A DNA stretch of 62,245 nt, taken from the NCBI GenBank assembly GCA_017418945.1, contig JAFOMI010000047.1, positions 1-62,245 of the forward strand, in the 5' to 3' direction. Shown here one piece after another: positions 51,062-61,244 of the stretch; positions within the stretch are counted from its first letter, which is position 1, and every line of letters starts with the position of its first letter. The position numbers and the translations under genes were made by a program. The notes below the pieces were generated by a model, which did no database searches, was not told the DNA's origin, and saw only the letters and a program-made list of their open reading frames with translations. This stretch comes from Bacilli bacterium. Lineage in GTDB: Bacteria; Bacillota_I; Bacilli_A; RF39; UBA660.

Positions 51062-51595
51062 TTAAATTCCTTCCTTCTTCATTGGTGCAATCATCATATA
51101 CATATTTCTAGATTCCATTGTTGGTTTCTTTTCAATTACACCACAATCTTTTACTTTTTCTGCAACTCTATTTAGAACATCTTCACCTAGTTCAGTGTGA
51201 GCCATTTCTCTTCCTCTAAATCTTACTGTTGCTTTAATTTTGTGTCCTTTTTCTAAATACTTGATAGCTTGATTTACTTTAGTTTCAAAATCATGTACAT
51301 CAATATTTACTGAGAATCTAAATTCTTTTAATTCTGCATTATTACTTCTTTGCTTTTTAGAAGCTTCTTTAGCTTTTTTATTTCTTTCATATTTGTACTT
51401 ATTATAATCCATAAGTTTACAAACTGGTTCTTCAGGTTTACCGCCCATTTGAACTAAGTCAAATCCTGCTGCATTAGCTAAAGTTAAAGCATCATTAATA
51501 CTTTTTACACCTAATTGTTCTCCACTAGGACCAATTACAAGAACTTGTTTTGCTCTTATTTGCTCATTAATAAGCATATCTTTTTCTTTTGCTAT
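51062..51595 (-). CDS. infC: translation initiation factor IF-3, probable non-AUG (ATA) start
   Basis: INEQIR, PVCKLMDY.KYKYE, FRGRE. GGAGG SD lies 9 nt before an in-frame ATA at 51595, and the ATG at 51577 has no SD. Confidence 0.93.
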   Translation of the reverse strand: MAKEKDMLINEQIRAKQVLVIGPSGEQLGVKSINDALTLANAAGFDLVQMGGKPEEPVCKLMDYNKYKYERNKKAKEASKKQRSNNAELKEFRFSVNIDVHDFETKVNQAIKYLEKGHKIKATVRFRGREMAHTELGEDVLNRVAEKVKDCGVIEKKPTMESRNMYMMIAPMKKEGI

Positions 51596-51611
51596 TTTAA
51601 AGCACCTCCAT

Positions 51612-51742
51612 TAAAAAAGTGAATACCGATATAGTATTCACCCTAAAAAAGCATAATAAATATATTAAATTTTCTTATAATATAATTAATGGCTTTTTAC
51701 CTACTGCTTAGTTGCAATCAGGTGAGATACTAATCTGCTTTC
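51612..51742 (-). promoter_or_regulatory. L20 ribosomal protein leader with terminator
   Basis: AAGCAG...TCTCACCTGATT...AGGT motif and GTGAATAC..GTATTCAC-T6 hairpin upstream of infC. Confidence 0.72.
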
Positions 51743-51795
51743 CTTTTCAAACATATATAATTATACATAAAAAAAAGAAAAAGTAAATACTTTTT

Positions 51796-52857
51796 CTATA
51801 AATTTCTTCTATTTTTAAGGAAGTCTGGGATGTCATATAAATCATCATCGCCATCTTGAGAATCATCTGAATCATTCATATCAATAACTTGTTCAAACAT
51901 TCTACTACTTGATGAATCATCTGATTTATCAAAGCCTGTTGCTATAACAGTAACTATAATGTCATCTCCTAAACTTTCATTAATAACTGCACCAAATATT
52001 GTATTAATATCAGTACCAGCAGCTTCTCTAATAACTTCAACTGCATCTTCTACTTCAAATAAGCTCAAATTAGAACCACCCGTAATATTAATAATTGCAT
52101 CTGTTGCACCTCTAATATCAGTTTCAAGAAGTGGACTACTTACAGATTGTTTAGCAGCTTCAATTGCTCTATTTTCACCTGTAGCAACACCTATTCCTAT
52201 TAAAGCATCACCTTTATTTGACATAACAGTTTTAACGTCTGCAAAGTCTAAGTTTACAAGTCCAGTTACTGCAATTAAATCAGATATTGATTGAACACCT
52301 AATCTTAAAACATTATCTACTTCTTTAAATGCTTCAGTCATTGGAGTTGTTTTATCAATAATTTCTCTTAATCTATCATTTGGAATAATAATTAAAGTAT
52401 CCACATGTTCTTTTAATCTTTCTAATCCTTCTTCTGCATGTCTACTTCTTGGTTTTCCTTCCCATGAGAATGGTTTAGTAACAATACCTACAGTTAAAGC
52501 ACCTAAATTTTGAGCTATTTCAGCAATTACTGGTGCAGCTCCTGTTCCTGTTCCACCACCCATACCACATGTAACGAATACCATATCAGCACCTTTTAAT
52601 ACATTTGTGATTTCTTCTTTTGAATCTTCTGCAGCTCTTCTTCCAACTTCAGGATCTGCTCCTGCTCCAAGACCAGTTGATCCAAGTTGAATTTTAACTT
52701 CTGCTTTAGAACTATTTAAAACTTGTAAGTCTGTGTTAGCAACAATAAATTCAACACCTTTAACTCCTGATTCAATCATTCTATTAACAGCGTTATTTCC
52801 GCCTCCACCAACACCAATAACCTTGATTTTTGCTAATTGATCTATTTCTAATGCCAT
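51796..52857 (-). CDS. ftsZ: cell division protein FtsZ
   Basis: [26 protein letters not shown] and C-terminal DIP.FL. Confidence 0.99.
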   Translation of the reverse strand: MALEIDQLAKIKVIGVGGGGNNAVNRMIESGVKGVEFIVANTDLQVLNSSKAEVKIQLGSTGLGAGADPEVGRRAAEDSKEEITNVLKGADMVFVTCGMGGGTGTGAAPVIAEIAQNLGALTVGIVTKPFSWEGKPRSRHAEEGLERLKEHVDTLIIIPNDRLREIIDKTTPMTEAFKEVDNVLRLGVQSISDLIAVTGLVNLDFADVKTVMSNKGDALIGIGVATGENRAIEAAKQSVSSPLLETDIRGATDAIINITGGSNLSLFEVEDAVEVIREAAGTDINTIFGAVINESLGDDIIVTVIATGFDKSDDSSSSRMFEQVIDMNDSDDSQDGDDDLYDIPDFLKNRRNL

Positions 52858-52859
52858 AA

Positions 52860-54107
52860 TTATTCCTCCTTATTATCGAAAAAATATCCAAACAATTTAC
52901 CTATATTAAAACCGTTATCATTATTCTTTCTGCCTTCTACTAACTTATATTGTTTGTCTTCACTAAGCATAGTATATTCTCTACCTCTAATAGATAATTT
53001 ATTAATAAAATATTTAATAAGTCCATATGATGAAGAGTATGCCATATTTCTAATTCCAACTACTTCAATTGGCTTAACAACAGCCTTTTCTTTAAACACT
53101 CTTTTACATATATTATCAAACCCAGGAATATTACCTATTCCTCCTGTAATAATTATATAACGAATTTCCTTTTTTGTTAAGAGATTTATCTCTTTTTTTG
53201 CTTTTTCTAATATCTCTTTTAATTTATTTTCAGCTATTTCACTAACTTCATACTGATTAATCTTAATTTTAATATTAGAATTATCTCTAGTTTCATATAC
53301 TTCACTATCACTCGCATAATCTTTATCAAGAAGTAAAAACATATCTTTTATAGTTTTTGCTTTATCTTCATTAATATTATATACATATGAAATATCTTTT
53401 TCTATTTCAGATGAACCATCCGCAAGTAAAGTTGAATTAGTTATAATTCCTCTATTAAATACAGTTAATTCTGTTTTATTACTTCCAATATTAATAACAC
53501 CTGTTATATCATTATCAAATTCATTTTCTTTAAAACAATAATAGTCCCCAATAGAATTAAATAATAAATCAACAACTTCAACACCAATTTTAGTAAATAT
53601 AGTTATATATCTGTATATATTCTTTTTAGGAGCTGTTACCATCATTGCTAAAACATTCAATCTATCAGCTCTAATTCCTCTTGGATTCTTTACTTCATTT
53701 TTTCCATCTATCATATATTTAATAGGCATAACTGTGACCAATTCCATAGTATTATCTATTTTATTATAAATAGATGCTTGAAGAGCATTTAAAATATCAT
53801 CTGAAGTTATTACTTTATCTTCATCTGTAATAGTTGTATATCCTTCAGTTACAGTATATTTTGCATTATTAATTGGAACTGATATTATTGCTTTATCAAT
53901 AGTAATTCCAAGAGATTCATTTATTTCATTTATCGCACTTTTAAGTACCTTTTCGACTTTGTCATCATCTATTATTATTCCTTTTTTTATTCCATCTGAA
54001 GGATAACAATTAGAAGCAAGAATATTTAATTTATTATATAGTTCTTCTAAAACCACAATCTTAATAAAACTAGATCCTATGTCCACAGAAGCATATATCT
54101 TTCTCAT
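52860..54107 (-). CDS. ftsA: cell division protein FtsA
   Basis: VDIGSS.IK, G.KKG.I.D, NIG...T and ITGG motifs. Upstream of ftsZ. Confidence 0.92.
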   Translation of the reverse strand: MRKIYASVDIGSSFIKIVVLEELYNKLNILASNCYPSDGIKKGIIIDDDKVEKVLKSAINEINESLGITIDKAIISVPINNAKYTVTEGYTTITDEDKVITSDDILNALQASIYNKIDNTMELVTVMPIKYMIDGKNEVKNPRGIRADRLNVLAMMVTAPKKNIYRYITIFTKIGVEVVDLLFNSIGDYYCFKENEFDNDITGVINIGSNKTELTVFNRGIITNSTLLADGSSEIEKDISYVYNINEDKAKTIKDMFLLLDKDYASDSEVYETRDNSNIKIKINQYEVSEIAENKLKEILEKAKKEINLLTKKEIRYIIITGGIGNIPGFDNICKRVFKEKAVVKPIEVVGIRNMAYSSSYGLIKYFINKLSIRGREYTMLSEDKQYKLVEGRKNNDNGFNIGKLFGYFFDNKEE

Positions 54108-54203
54108 GCAAAGTCCTCCTCTATTATTTATAAAAATATTATATCATACTTTTTTTAAAAACTATATTATTTTTAAAAAAAATAGAAAATATAATTATAT
54201 TCT

Positions 54204-54884
54204 CTATTCCTTTGGTACAAAGTAATTACCATAATCTAAATATAAAATACCTTTTTTATTTTCAACTGAATCTATTATGCTTTTATAATCATTTATTTTA
54301 GATATCTTTGTTAATGTTACATAAACATAATTACCATCATTCATTGAAAATAAGAATCTTTCTTTATCTATGCCATTTGGTGAATAAGTAATTTCAGAAA
54401 TCATATTTAATGAATTCTTATTAACTTTACCCATCTTTTTTACTAATTTCTCATAAATAGTTTTATCACTTATTTCATTTATTAAAATAGGTGCATTATT
54501 ATCAATATAATCAACTTCTTCATTATTTTCTAGAATTGTTTTTTTATTAATACTATCATAAAACATTACATTATATTCTTTAATATATATTTTAATTTCA
54601 AAATCTAATGTTCTTTTTATTTTAACATCTTTTATTAATTTGCTTTTTTTAGCAAGTGATCTTTCAAAAGGTGTATTTATAGTAATAAAAGATGAATTCT
54701 TATCTAGTTTTAATATATTTAATATTTCATCATCTTTTAAATAATTATTATCATATACATAATATGTTCTAACTTTTATTAAAGATAACGCAAAAAAGAA
54801 GCCAATTATCACAAGTATAAATAATAAAAATATTAAAACACTTTTAATTTTTAATCTTTTTCTTCTTTTTTTCTTTTTTCCCAT
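54204..54884 (-). CDS. divIB: cell division protein DivIB/FtsQ
   Basis: Basic N-terminus, single TM, POTRA-like region, ISEI.Y.P and MNDGN motifs. dcw position. Confidence 0.85.
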   Translation of the reverse strand: MGKKKKRRKRLKIKSVLIFLLFILVIIGFFFALSLIKVRTYYVYDNNYLKDDEILNILKLDKNSSFITINTPFERSLAKKSKLIKDVKIKRTLDFEIKIYIKEYNVMFYDSINKKTILENNEEVDYIDNNAPILINEISDKTIYEKLVKKMGKVNKNSLNMISEITYSPNGIDKERFLFSMNDGNYVYVTLTKISKINDYKSIIDSVENKKGILYLDYGNYFVPKE

Positions 54885-54885
54885 T

Positions 54886-55791
54886 TTATTCTCCAAAATT
54901 TACTATTTCTTGTTCAACTTTTAAGTCTATATCATATTCTTTTTTAACTTTTTCTTTTATTAAATTTATCAAATTAACTATATCTTCCGCTGTTGCATTA
55001 TCATAATTAATTATAAAGTTTGCGTGTTTTTCTGAAACTTTAGCTCCACCAATTTGATATCCTTTTAAACCTAAATCTTCAATAAGTTTTCCTGAAAATA
55101 TAGTATCAGATGGATTTCTAAAAACAGATCCTGCTGATGGATATTCTAGTGGTTGACTTTCCATTCTTCTTTTTCTTCTATCATTAATCAAATTCATAAT
55201 TTCTTCTTTATTTCCTTCTTGTAATTCTAATGTTGCTTCTAATATAACAAAATTATTTTCTTGAAAAACACTATGTCTATAAGAAAAATCTAATTCTTCT
55301 TTTTTTAAAGTAACTAAATTTAATTCATCATCTAAATAAGTAACAGTTTTTAAAACATTGCTCATATCACTTTTATAAGCTCCTGCATTCATATAAATTG
55401 CACCGCCTACATTTCCAGGAATACCAGATGCAAATTCTAATCCTGTTAAACCCTTACTCGCACATATATTAGATAATTTTACAAGTAAATGTCCTGCGCC
55501 TACTTTTACATGATTACCTTCAATAATTAAGTCATCTATTTTTGATAAACTAATTATTATTCCATCATAATTTTTAGATGAGAAAATAACATTACTACCA
55601 TTACCTATTATTTTATATTTTATATTATTATTCTTGATATATTTTAATAATATTATTAACTTATCTATTGAAGAAGGTGTAACAAAATAATTACAACTTC
55701 CCCCTACTTTATAAGATGTGTGTTTCTTTAATTCTTCATTACAAAGAACTTCTCCTATCTCTTCTTTAATTATAAATTCTTTTATATCCAT
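54886..55791 (-). CDS. murB: UDP-N-acetylmuramate dehydrogenase
   Basis: GNGSN, GIPG.VGGA.YMNAGAY, QPL..PSAGSVFRNP and SEKHANF. Confidence 0.97.
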   Translation of the reverse strand: MDIKEFIIKEEIGEVLCNEELKKHTSYKVGGSCNYFVTPSSIDKLIILLKYIKNNNIKYKIIGNGSNVIFSSKNYDGIIISLSKIDDLIIEGNHVKVGAGHLLVKLSNICASKGLTGLEFASGIPGNVGGAIYMNAGAYKSDMSNVLKTVTYLDDELNLVTLKKEELDFSYRHSVFQENNFVILEATLELQEGNKEEIMNLINDRRKRRMESQPLEYPSAGSVFRNPSDTIFSGKLIEDLGLKGYQIGGAKVSEKHANFIINYDNATAEDIVNLINLIKEKVKKEYDIDLKVEQEIVNFGE

Positions 55792-55795
55792 ACTC

Positions 55796-56911
55796 TTAAC
55801 CTACTAATCTCTTAATTTCATTATAGATTCTTTCTTCAACATTATAAACTGCCATTTTGTTAGAAGCTTTAGACATATCTTTTAAAAGATTATCATCTTC
55901 AACAAGAGAATTAATCATTTCATTTAAATTATCTCCATTTACTTCATTATTCAAAATGATCTTAGCTGCATTATTCTTTTCAAACACTCTAGCATTATCT
56001 TCTTGTCTATTTGAAGAACAACTAGGAAGTGGTATAAAAATTGCAGGTTTTCCCATAAGTGCAAGTTCAGTAAGAGTTAAAGCTCCACTTCTTGCAATTA
56101 CAAGATCTGAAACACTAAGCATTTCATCCATATTATAAATAAATGGTAAAATACTAGCATTATCTAGTTTTTCAATATTCATTTTATTATTACTTAATTC
56201 TTCTTTTATACTATCATATTGGCCTTTTCCTGTAGCCCAAATCAAATTATAATTAACATTCTTTTTATTAATTATTATATCTAAAATACAATCATTTATT
56301 TTTTTAGCGCCTTGACTACCACCTACAACTAAAACTACTTTTTTATCATTATTTATATTTGTCTTTTTTAAAATATTTTTTTTATCTTTTAAACTTAAAT
56401 TAAGTGGTTTTACTTTTGTTGGTGTTCCAGTATAAACAACTCTTTTTGCACCTTTTATATCATTTTTAGCATTTTCTATTCCTACTAATATAGTATCTAC
56501 TTTTCTAGATAATAATCTAATTGCTAGTCCTGGATATGCGTTACTTTCATGTAATAAAGTTGGTATTTTTAAACTATGAGCTGAAGATATTACTGCACCA
56601 CAAATATATCCACCTGTACCAATTACTATATCAGGTTTAAATTCTTTCAATATTTTTTTTGCTTGAGAAAAACCTTTAATAGTTTTAATAGTTTTCTTTA
56701 TATTATCAATGCTTATTTTTTTACTAAAACCATAAGCTTCTATTGCATATGATTTATAACCAGCATTATGTATTAAATCTTCTTCTAATTTTTTTCCTGT
56801 TGCAATAAATCTAATATCTGAACCTGGATTTTCTTTTTCAATAATATCAGCAATTGCAATACCAGGGTTAATATGACCACCTGTACCGGCAGCAGCTATA
56901 ATTACTTTCAT
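55796..56911 (-). CDS. murG: undecaprenyl-PP-MurNAc-pentapeptide GlcNAc transferase
   Basis: GTGGHINP, GTGGY, HESNA.PG, GGSQGA, RSGA.T..E and Q..NA. Confidence 0.96.
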   Translation of the reverse strand: MKVIIAAAGTGGHINPGIAIADIIEKENPGSDIRFIATGKKLEEDLIHNAGYKSYAIEAYGFSKKISIDNIKKTIKTIKGFSQAKKILKEFKPDIVIGTGGYICGAVISSAHSLKIPTLLHESNAYPGLAIRLLSRKVDTILVGIENAKNDIKGAKRVVYTGTPTKVKPLNLSLKDKKNILKKTNINNDKKVVLVVGGSQGAKKINDCILDIIINKKNVNYNLIWATGKGQYDSIKEELSNNKMNIEKLDNASILPFIYNMDEMLSVSDLVIARSGALTLTELALMGKPAIFIPLPSCSSNRQEDNARVFEKNNAAKIILNNEVNGDNLNEMINSLVEDDNLLKDMSKASNKMAVYNVEERIYNEIKRLVG

Positions 56912-56968
56912 TTTCTTCACCTATTTAATTATATCATGGGATTAAAAAAAGAAGAACTATTTTCTTCT

Positions 56969-57334
56969 TTATTTTGTAGAATTTTTATTCCAAATAAATT
57001 GACCTAAATCATAGATTCCTGGAATTTTATAATCTTCACCTTGGCATCCTTTAACAAGAGCCACAATCATAAATACAAAGATTACAACATTTAAAGCCCA
57101 GAATAATAAACCAATAAATGGTATTGCACATAGAACAGTCATTGCAAGCTCTACTACAAATAAAGCACCTGCTTGATTATATAAGAATTTAGCTCTTTTT
57201 CCATATTTAGATTCATCCATGAATGAGAAAATAAATCCTAAAATACTTACTAAATAAACAAGTATTGTTTCTCCTACAAAATCAATTCCAGTAAAAGTTT
57301 TTTCAACTTTTTCAATCTTTGCTTTTTCAGCCAT
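56969..57334 (-). CDS. DUF4870-like small membrane protein
   Basis: Y....G..., A.F..NQ, IPFIG and Y.IP motifs. Confidence 0.75.
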   Translation of the reverse strand: MAEKAKIEKVEKTFTGIDFVGETILVYLVSILGFIFSFMDESKYGKRAKFLYNQAGALFVVELAMTVLCAIPFIGLLFWALNVVIFVFMIVALVKGCQGEDYKIPGIYDLGQFIWNKNSTK

Positions 57335-57394
57335 ATTAACTTCACCCTTTCAAAAATAATATATCACAAAATATAATCTTATTCAATTTAATTT

Positions 57395-58474
57395 TTATAG
57401 TTCACTTATAAATGTGTCTAATGAAATATCACCATTTATTCTCATTCTACTTAAACTATATGGATCATCATTAACATGAATTTGACCATTTTGAGTAGTA
57501 AATCCTAAACTAAAACCTGCATCTTTCATTATTTTAATTGAATTTTCACTATAATCACCAAACGGATAAGCTAATGAATCACTATTATTTAAAGCTTCTT
57601 TTGACATAGTTAAATCTTTAAGTCCTTCTTCATAAGATACACATTGAAAATAACCTCCATGTCCAACTCCTGAGCAACCTGCTTTATGCATATCATGAGT
57701 ATGTGATTGGAATATAACATAACCTGTATTTTTCATTTCTTGTTGTAAATCCATTGAAACATCAGTCCATGAAGTAACAACAAACATAACAATTGGAACT
57801 TTATATTTAACTGCTAAAGGATAAGCTATTGAATAATTATCAGCATGTCCATCATCCATAGTTAATACTACAGATTTTTCTGGTAAATCAAGTTTACCAT
57901 CTACATATTTTCTAATTTCTTTCATATTAGGAAAATAATAATCATTTTCACTTAAATATTTTAATTCTTCTTCAAAATGACTTTTACTAATATAATTATT
58001 ATCTTGACCCGTTTCAGTAGCATCATCATAAAAATAATGGTACATAAATACACTAATTCCATCAGTATCTTTATTTTCTACTTTAAATACTTTAACATTT
58101 CTTTTTACTGTAACTTTATTATTATCACTATCAGTAACTGTATAATCTACAGTATAATCCCCAGGTACATTAATATTAATATTATTAACAATTTTTATTT
58201 TATCACTTATATCTTTATCTTCTTCATCAATCGCAGTCGCACCCATTTCTTCATAAACACCATTTAATACAATTTTCATATTTTCTTGGCCCTTAAGCTT
58301 TATAACAGGTTCTTTGCCCGTCTTTTCCTTTTTAACTACTTTAACATCTTTTTTTATATCTTGATTTGTAAGCATCTTAGTGTCTCTATTAATAATCTTA
58401 TAAATCATAAAAACACAAAATGAAATAAGCGATAACGCTAATAAACCTAATAAAATCTTTTTAATAAATCTCAT
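57395..58474 (-). CDS. polysaccharide deacetylase (CE4) with DUF5011 Ig-like domain
   Basis: N-terminal TM, PVI.L.G..Y.E.GATA.D Ig domain, MYH, LTMDDG, SHTHDMH and AYPFG. Confidence 0.9.
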   Translation of the reverse strand: MRFIKKILLGLLALSLISFCVFMIYKIINRDTKMLTNQDIKKDVKVVKKEKTGKEPVIKLKGQENMKIVLNGVYEEMGATAIDEEDKDISDKIKIVNNININVPGDYTVDYTVTDSDNNKVTVKRNVKVFKVENKDTDGISVFMYHYFYDDATETGQDNNYISKSHFEEELKYLSENDYYFPNMKEIRKYVDGKLDLPEKSVVLTMDDGHADNYSIAYPLAVKYKVPIVMFVVTSWTDVSMDLQQEMKNTGYVIFQSHTHDMHKAGCSGVGHGGYFQCVSYEEGLKDLTMSKEALNNSDSLAYPFGDYSENSIKIMKDAGFSLGFTTQNGQIHVNDDPYSLSRMRINGDISLDTFISEL

Positions 58475-58523
58475 ACTTATACCCTATCCTCTATTAAAAT
58501 TATAACATCTTAAAATTTTTAAA

Positions 58524-59606
58524 TCAAACATTTCTTGAAATATTTAAAACAATACCCATGGATACCATTGTTATTATTAAGGAACTTCCTCCATAAGATA
58601 GAAACGGAAGTGTTACACCAGTTACTGGCAAAAGAGATGTAACTACGCCTAAATTTAATAATATTTGAAATGATAACTGAAACGCTATACCAAAAGATAA
58701 TAATTTAGGAAATAATTCATCACATAAAAGTGCAATTCTAATAATTCTATAAATAATTGAAATAAAGAAAAAAGATACTATTATAATTCCTAAAAAGCCA
58801 AATTCTTCACTAATAATTGAAAAAATAAAATCAGTTTGTGGTTCAGGCAAATAAAAGTGTTTTTGTATACTATTAAATAATCCCATTCCAAATAATCCAC
58901 CTGGTCCAATTGCATATAACGATTGAATAGATTGAAAGCCAGTTCCTAAAGGATCTCTCCAAGGATCTAAAAATGCAGTAATTCTATTAATTCTATAAGG
59001 TGCAGATATAATTAATATAGAAAGTCCTAATAAACCTACTAATCCTATTTTTACAAAAAAAGACAAATTAACTCCTGATACAAATAATAAACCAACTATA
59101 CTAACAAGTAATATTACGCCACTACCAAGATCTGGTTCAAGCATAATTAATAAGAAAGAAAGTATTACTATTATTAATAAAGGCAATACTCCTCTTTTTA
59201 TATTTTTTACATCTTTAATATTATTAACTAAATATTTAGAAGAAAATATTATTAATGATAATTTCATAAATTCTGAAGGTTGAACACCAAGTCCACCAAA
59301 ACCAAACCAACTTCTAGATCCATTTCTAATTTGACCTATTCCTGGGACTAAAACTAATATAAGCATTATAAAACAAATTAAAAAAAATAAATTACTTTTT
59401 TTATAATAAATATGGTAATCAATTTTTGATACAATTATCATTAATAGAAGTCCTATAACAAAAAAGAATGATTGTAATTTTAAAAATCTAAAAGAGTCAT
59501 TATATTTATATAAAGACCATACATAAGATGATGAATATATCATTAATATGCCAAATAAACAAATAGAAATAACTAACACAAATAACTTTCTATCAAACTT
59601 TCTCAT
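58524..59606 (-). CDS. spoVE: SEDS protein SpoVE/FtsW
   Basis: NGSRSW, QPSEF.K, FLDPW.DPLG.GFQ.IQSLYAIGPGG, YLPEPQTDFIF and PFLSYGGSS. Putative sigmaE -10 CATAAAAT upstream. Confidence 0.85.
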   Translation of the reverse strand: MRKFDRKLFVLVISICLFGILMIYSSSYVWSLYKYNDSFRFLKLQSFFFVIGLLLMIIVSKIDYHIYYKKSNLFFLICFIMLILVLVPGIGQIRNGSRSWFGFGGLGVQPSEFMKLSLIIFSSKYLVNNIKDVKNIKRGVLPLLIIVILSFLLIMLEPDLGSGVILLVSIVGLLFVSGVNLSFFVKIGLVGLLGLSILIISAPYRINRITAFLDPWRDPLGTGFQSIQSLYAIGPGGLFGMGLFNSIQKHFYLPEPQTDFIFSIISEEFGFLGIIIVSFFFISIIYRIIRIALLCDELFPKLLSFGIAFQLSFQILLNLGVVTSLLPVTGVTLPFLSYGGSSLIITMVSMGIVLNISRNV

Positions 59607-59659
59607 TCTGTTCACCCCATTAAATTTTATGCACAAAAAAAATAAGATATTATCTTATT

Positions 59660-60118
59660 TTAAGTATCTAATTCAATATAATATAATTTATTAGTATCTA
59701 TATCATATAAAACTAAATAAAAATTATATGATTTTTTATTTTCTATATTTGTTTCATTTCTAGAACCAATTTGCTTATCATAAAAATAATAATAACCATT
59801 TTTTATATCTGGTAAATCAAATGTAGAAATAGAATTTGATAAATAAACAATATCGTTCAAATTACTTGTTAAAGGAAGTTTATTCCATTTTTTTATTTCC
59901 TTTAATATTTCTTTTGATTTATCTGAACAACTTAATTCTACATATTTGTATCCATCATTATGAAATCCACTATGCGTATCTATATTTCTTACAACGGAAC
60001 ATTCATTTAATTTAGTATTTATATTATTTTGAATCATTGAAATAGCATTGTCATATTTTGAAAACAAAACTTTCGCTATTAAGAATATATTTAATATTAA
60101 AAATAAAATTTTTTTCAT
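59660..60118 (-). CDS. hypothetical secreted/membrane-anchored protein
   Basis: MKKIL hydrophobic N-terminus, DTH.GF..DG and C-terminal LYYIELDT. GGGAG SD. Confidence 0.75.
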   Translation of the reverse strand: MKKILFLILNIFLIAKVLFSKYDNAISMIQNNINTKLNECSVVRNIDTHSGFHNDGYKYVELSCSDKSKEILKEIKKWNKLPLTSNLNDIVYLSNSISTFDLPDIKNGYYYFYDKQIGSRNETNIENKKSYNFYLVLYDIDTNKLYYIELDT

Positions 60119-60157
60119 AACATCTCCCAAATAAAAAAGCAAATATTAATATTTGCT

Positions 60158-61150
60158 TTAAACCCATATAGTATATACAATGGCACCTGCACCAAGAATA
60201 AATCCTACCACATAGAATAATCTAACTATGTCTTCTTCAATCCATCCTAGTTTTTCAAACGTATGATGAATTGGAGTCATTGGAAATAATCTTTTTCCTC
60301 TTAATTTTACAGATGCAATTTGTAATATAACAGATAGTGTTTCAAGCACGAATACACCACCAATAACAATTAATGAAAACTCTCTATGAGTTAAAATTGC
60401 TATTGTTGCAAGTGTACCACCTAAAGCAAGTGATCCTGTATCACCCATAAATATTTTTGCTGGATGACCATTAAATACTAAGAATCCTAATAATCCTCCT
60501 GTTAGTATAAAACAAAATATTGCTATATCTTCTGAACCTGATAAGTATGGAGAATTCCAAGCTATCATACCATATATTAAAAAGCAAATTAATGATAAAC
60601 CACCTGCAAGGCCATCAAGTCCATCAGTTAAATTAACAGCATTACTTGTTCCTACTAACATGAATAATATAAAGAATCCATATAAGAAGCCTAAACTAAT
60701 ATGTATATTTAAAGCCGCAACTTCTAAGCTAGTATCTGCGCCCGATTTAATATATAAATAGAAAAATATAATTGCAATAACAACTTGTGCGCAAAATTTT
60801 TGTAATCTAGTTAAACCTCTTTCATTAGATTGATATTTAATTTTAAAATAATCATCAACAAAGCCAATTAAACCATATCCAAAGAATACAAATAAAACAA
60901 TAAATAAATTTGTAGTAATAGTCATTTTCTTTGTAATAAACATTGCTGCTATTGCTATAATTGTTGATACCGAGAATATTAACCCTCCCATAGTTGGTGT
61001 CCCTGATTTAGCTTTGTGAGCTTTTACAAACTTACTTGTTACTTGTCTTGCTTTTTTCTTTCTCATAAATGGAACAAAAAAAGTGCCAAAAATAACAGAT
61101 ACAAGGAATCCTATAAAAATAGCAAGTACAGACTTAGCTAATAATAACAT
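60158..61150 (-). CDS. mraY: phospho-N-acetylmuramoyl-pentapeptide transferase
   Basis: K.GTPTMGG, GFVDD, NAVNLTDGLDGL, FMGDTGS and PIHH.FE. Confidence 0.97.
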   Translation of the reverse strand: MLLLAKSVLAIFIGFLVSVIFGTFFVPFMRKKKARQVTSKFVKAHKAKSGTPTMGGLIFSVSTIIAIAAMFITKKMTITTNLFIVLFVFFGYGLIGFVDDYFKIKYQSNERGLTRLQKFCAQVVIAIIFFYLYIKSGADTSLEVAALNIHISLGFLYGFFILFMLVGTSNAVNLTDGLDGLAGGLSLICFLIYGMIAWNSPYLSGSEDIAIFCFILTGGLLGFLVFNGHPAKIFMGDTGSLALGGTLATIAILTHREFSLIVIGGVFVLETLSVILQIASVKLRGKRLFPMTPIHHTFEKLGWIEEDIVRLFYVVGFILGAGAIVYTIWV

Positions 61151-61244
61151 AAAATTCACATCCCTTACTTTTCCAATACCTATTATATCATAAAGAATGT
61201 CATTAATATTTAAAAAATTAATTATATTTACATTTCTTAACATT

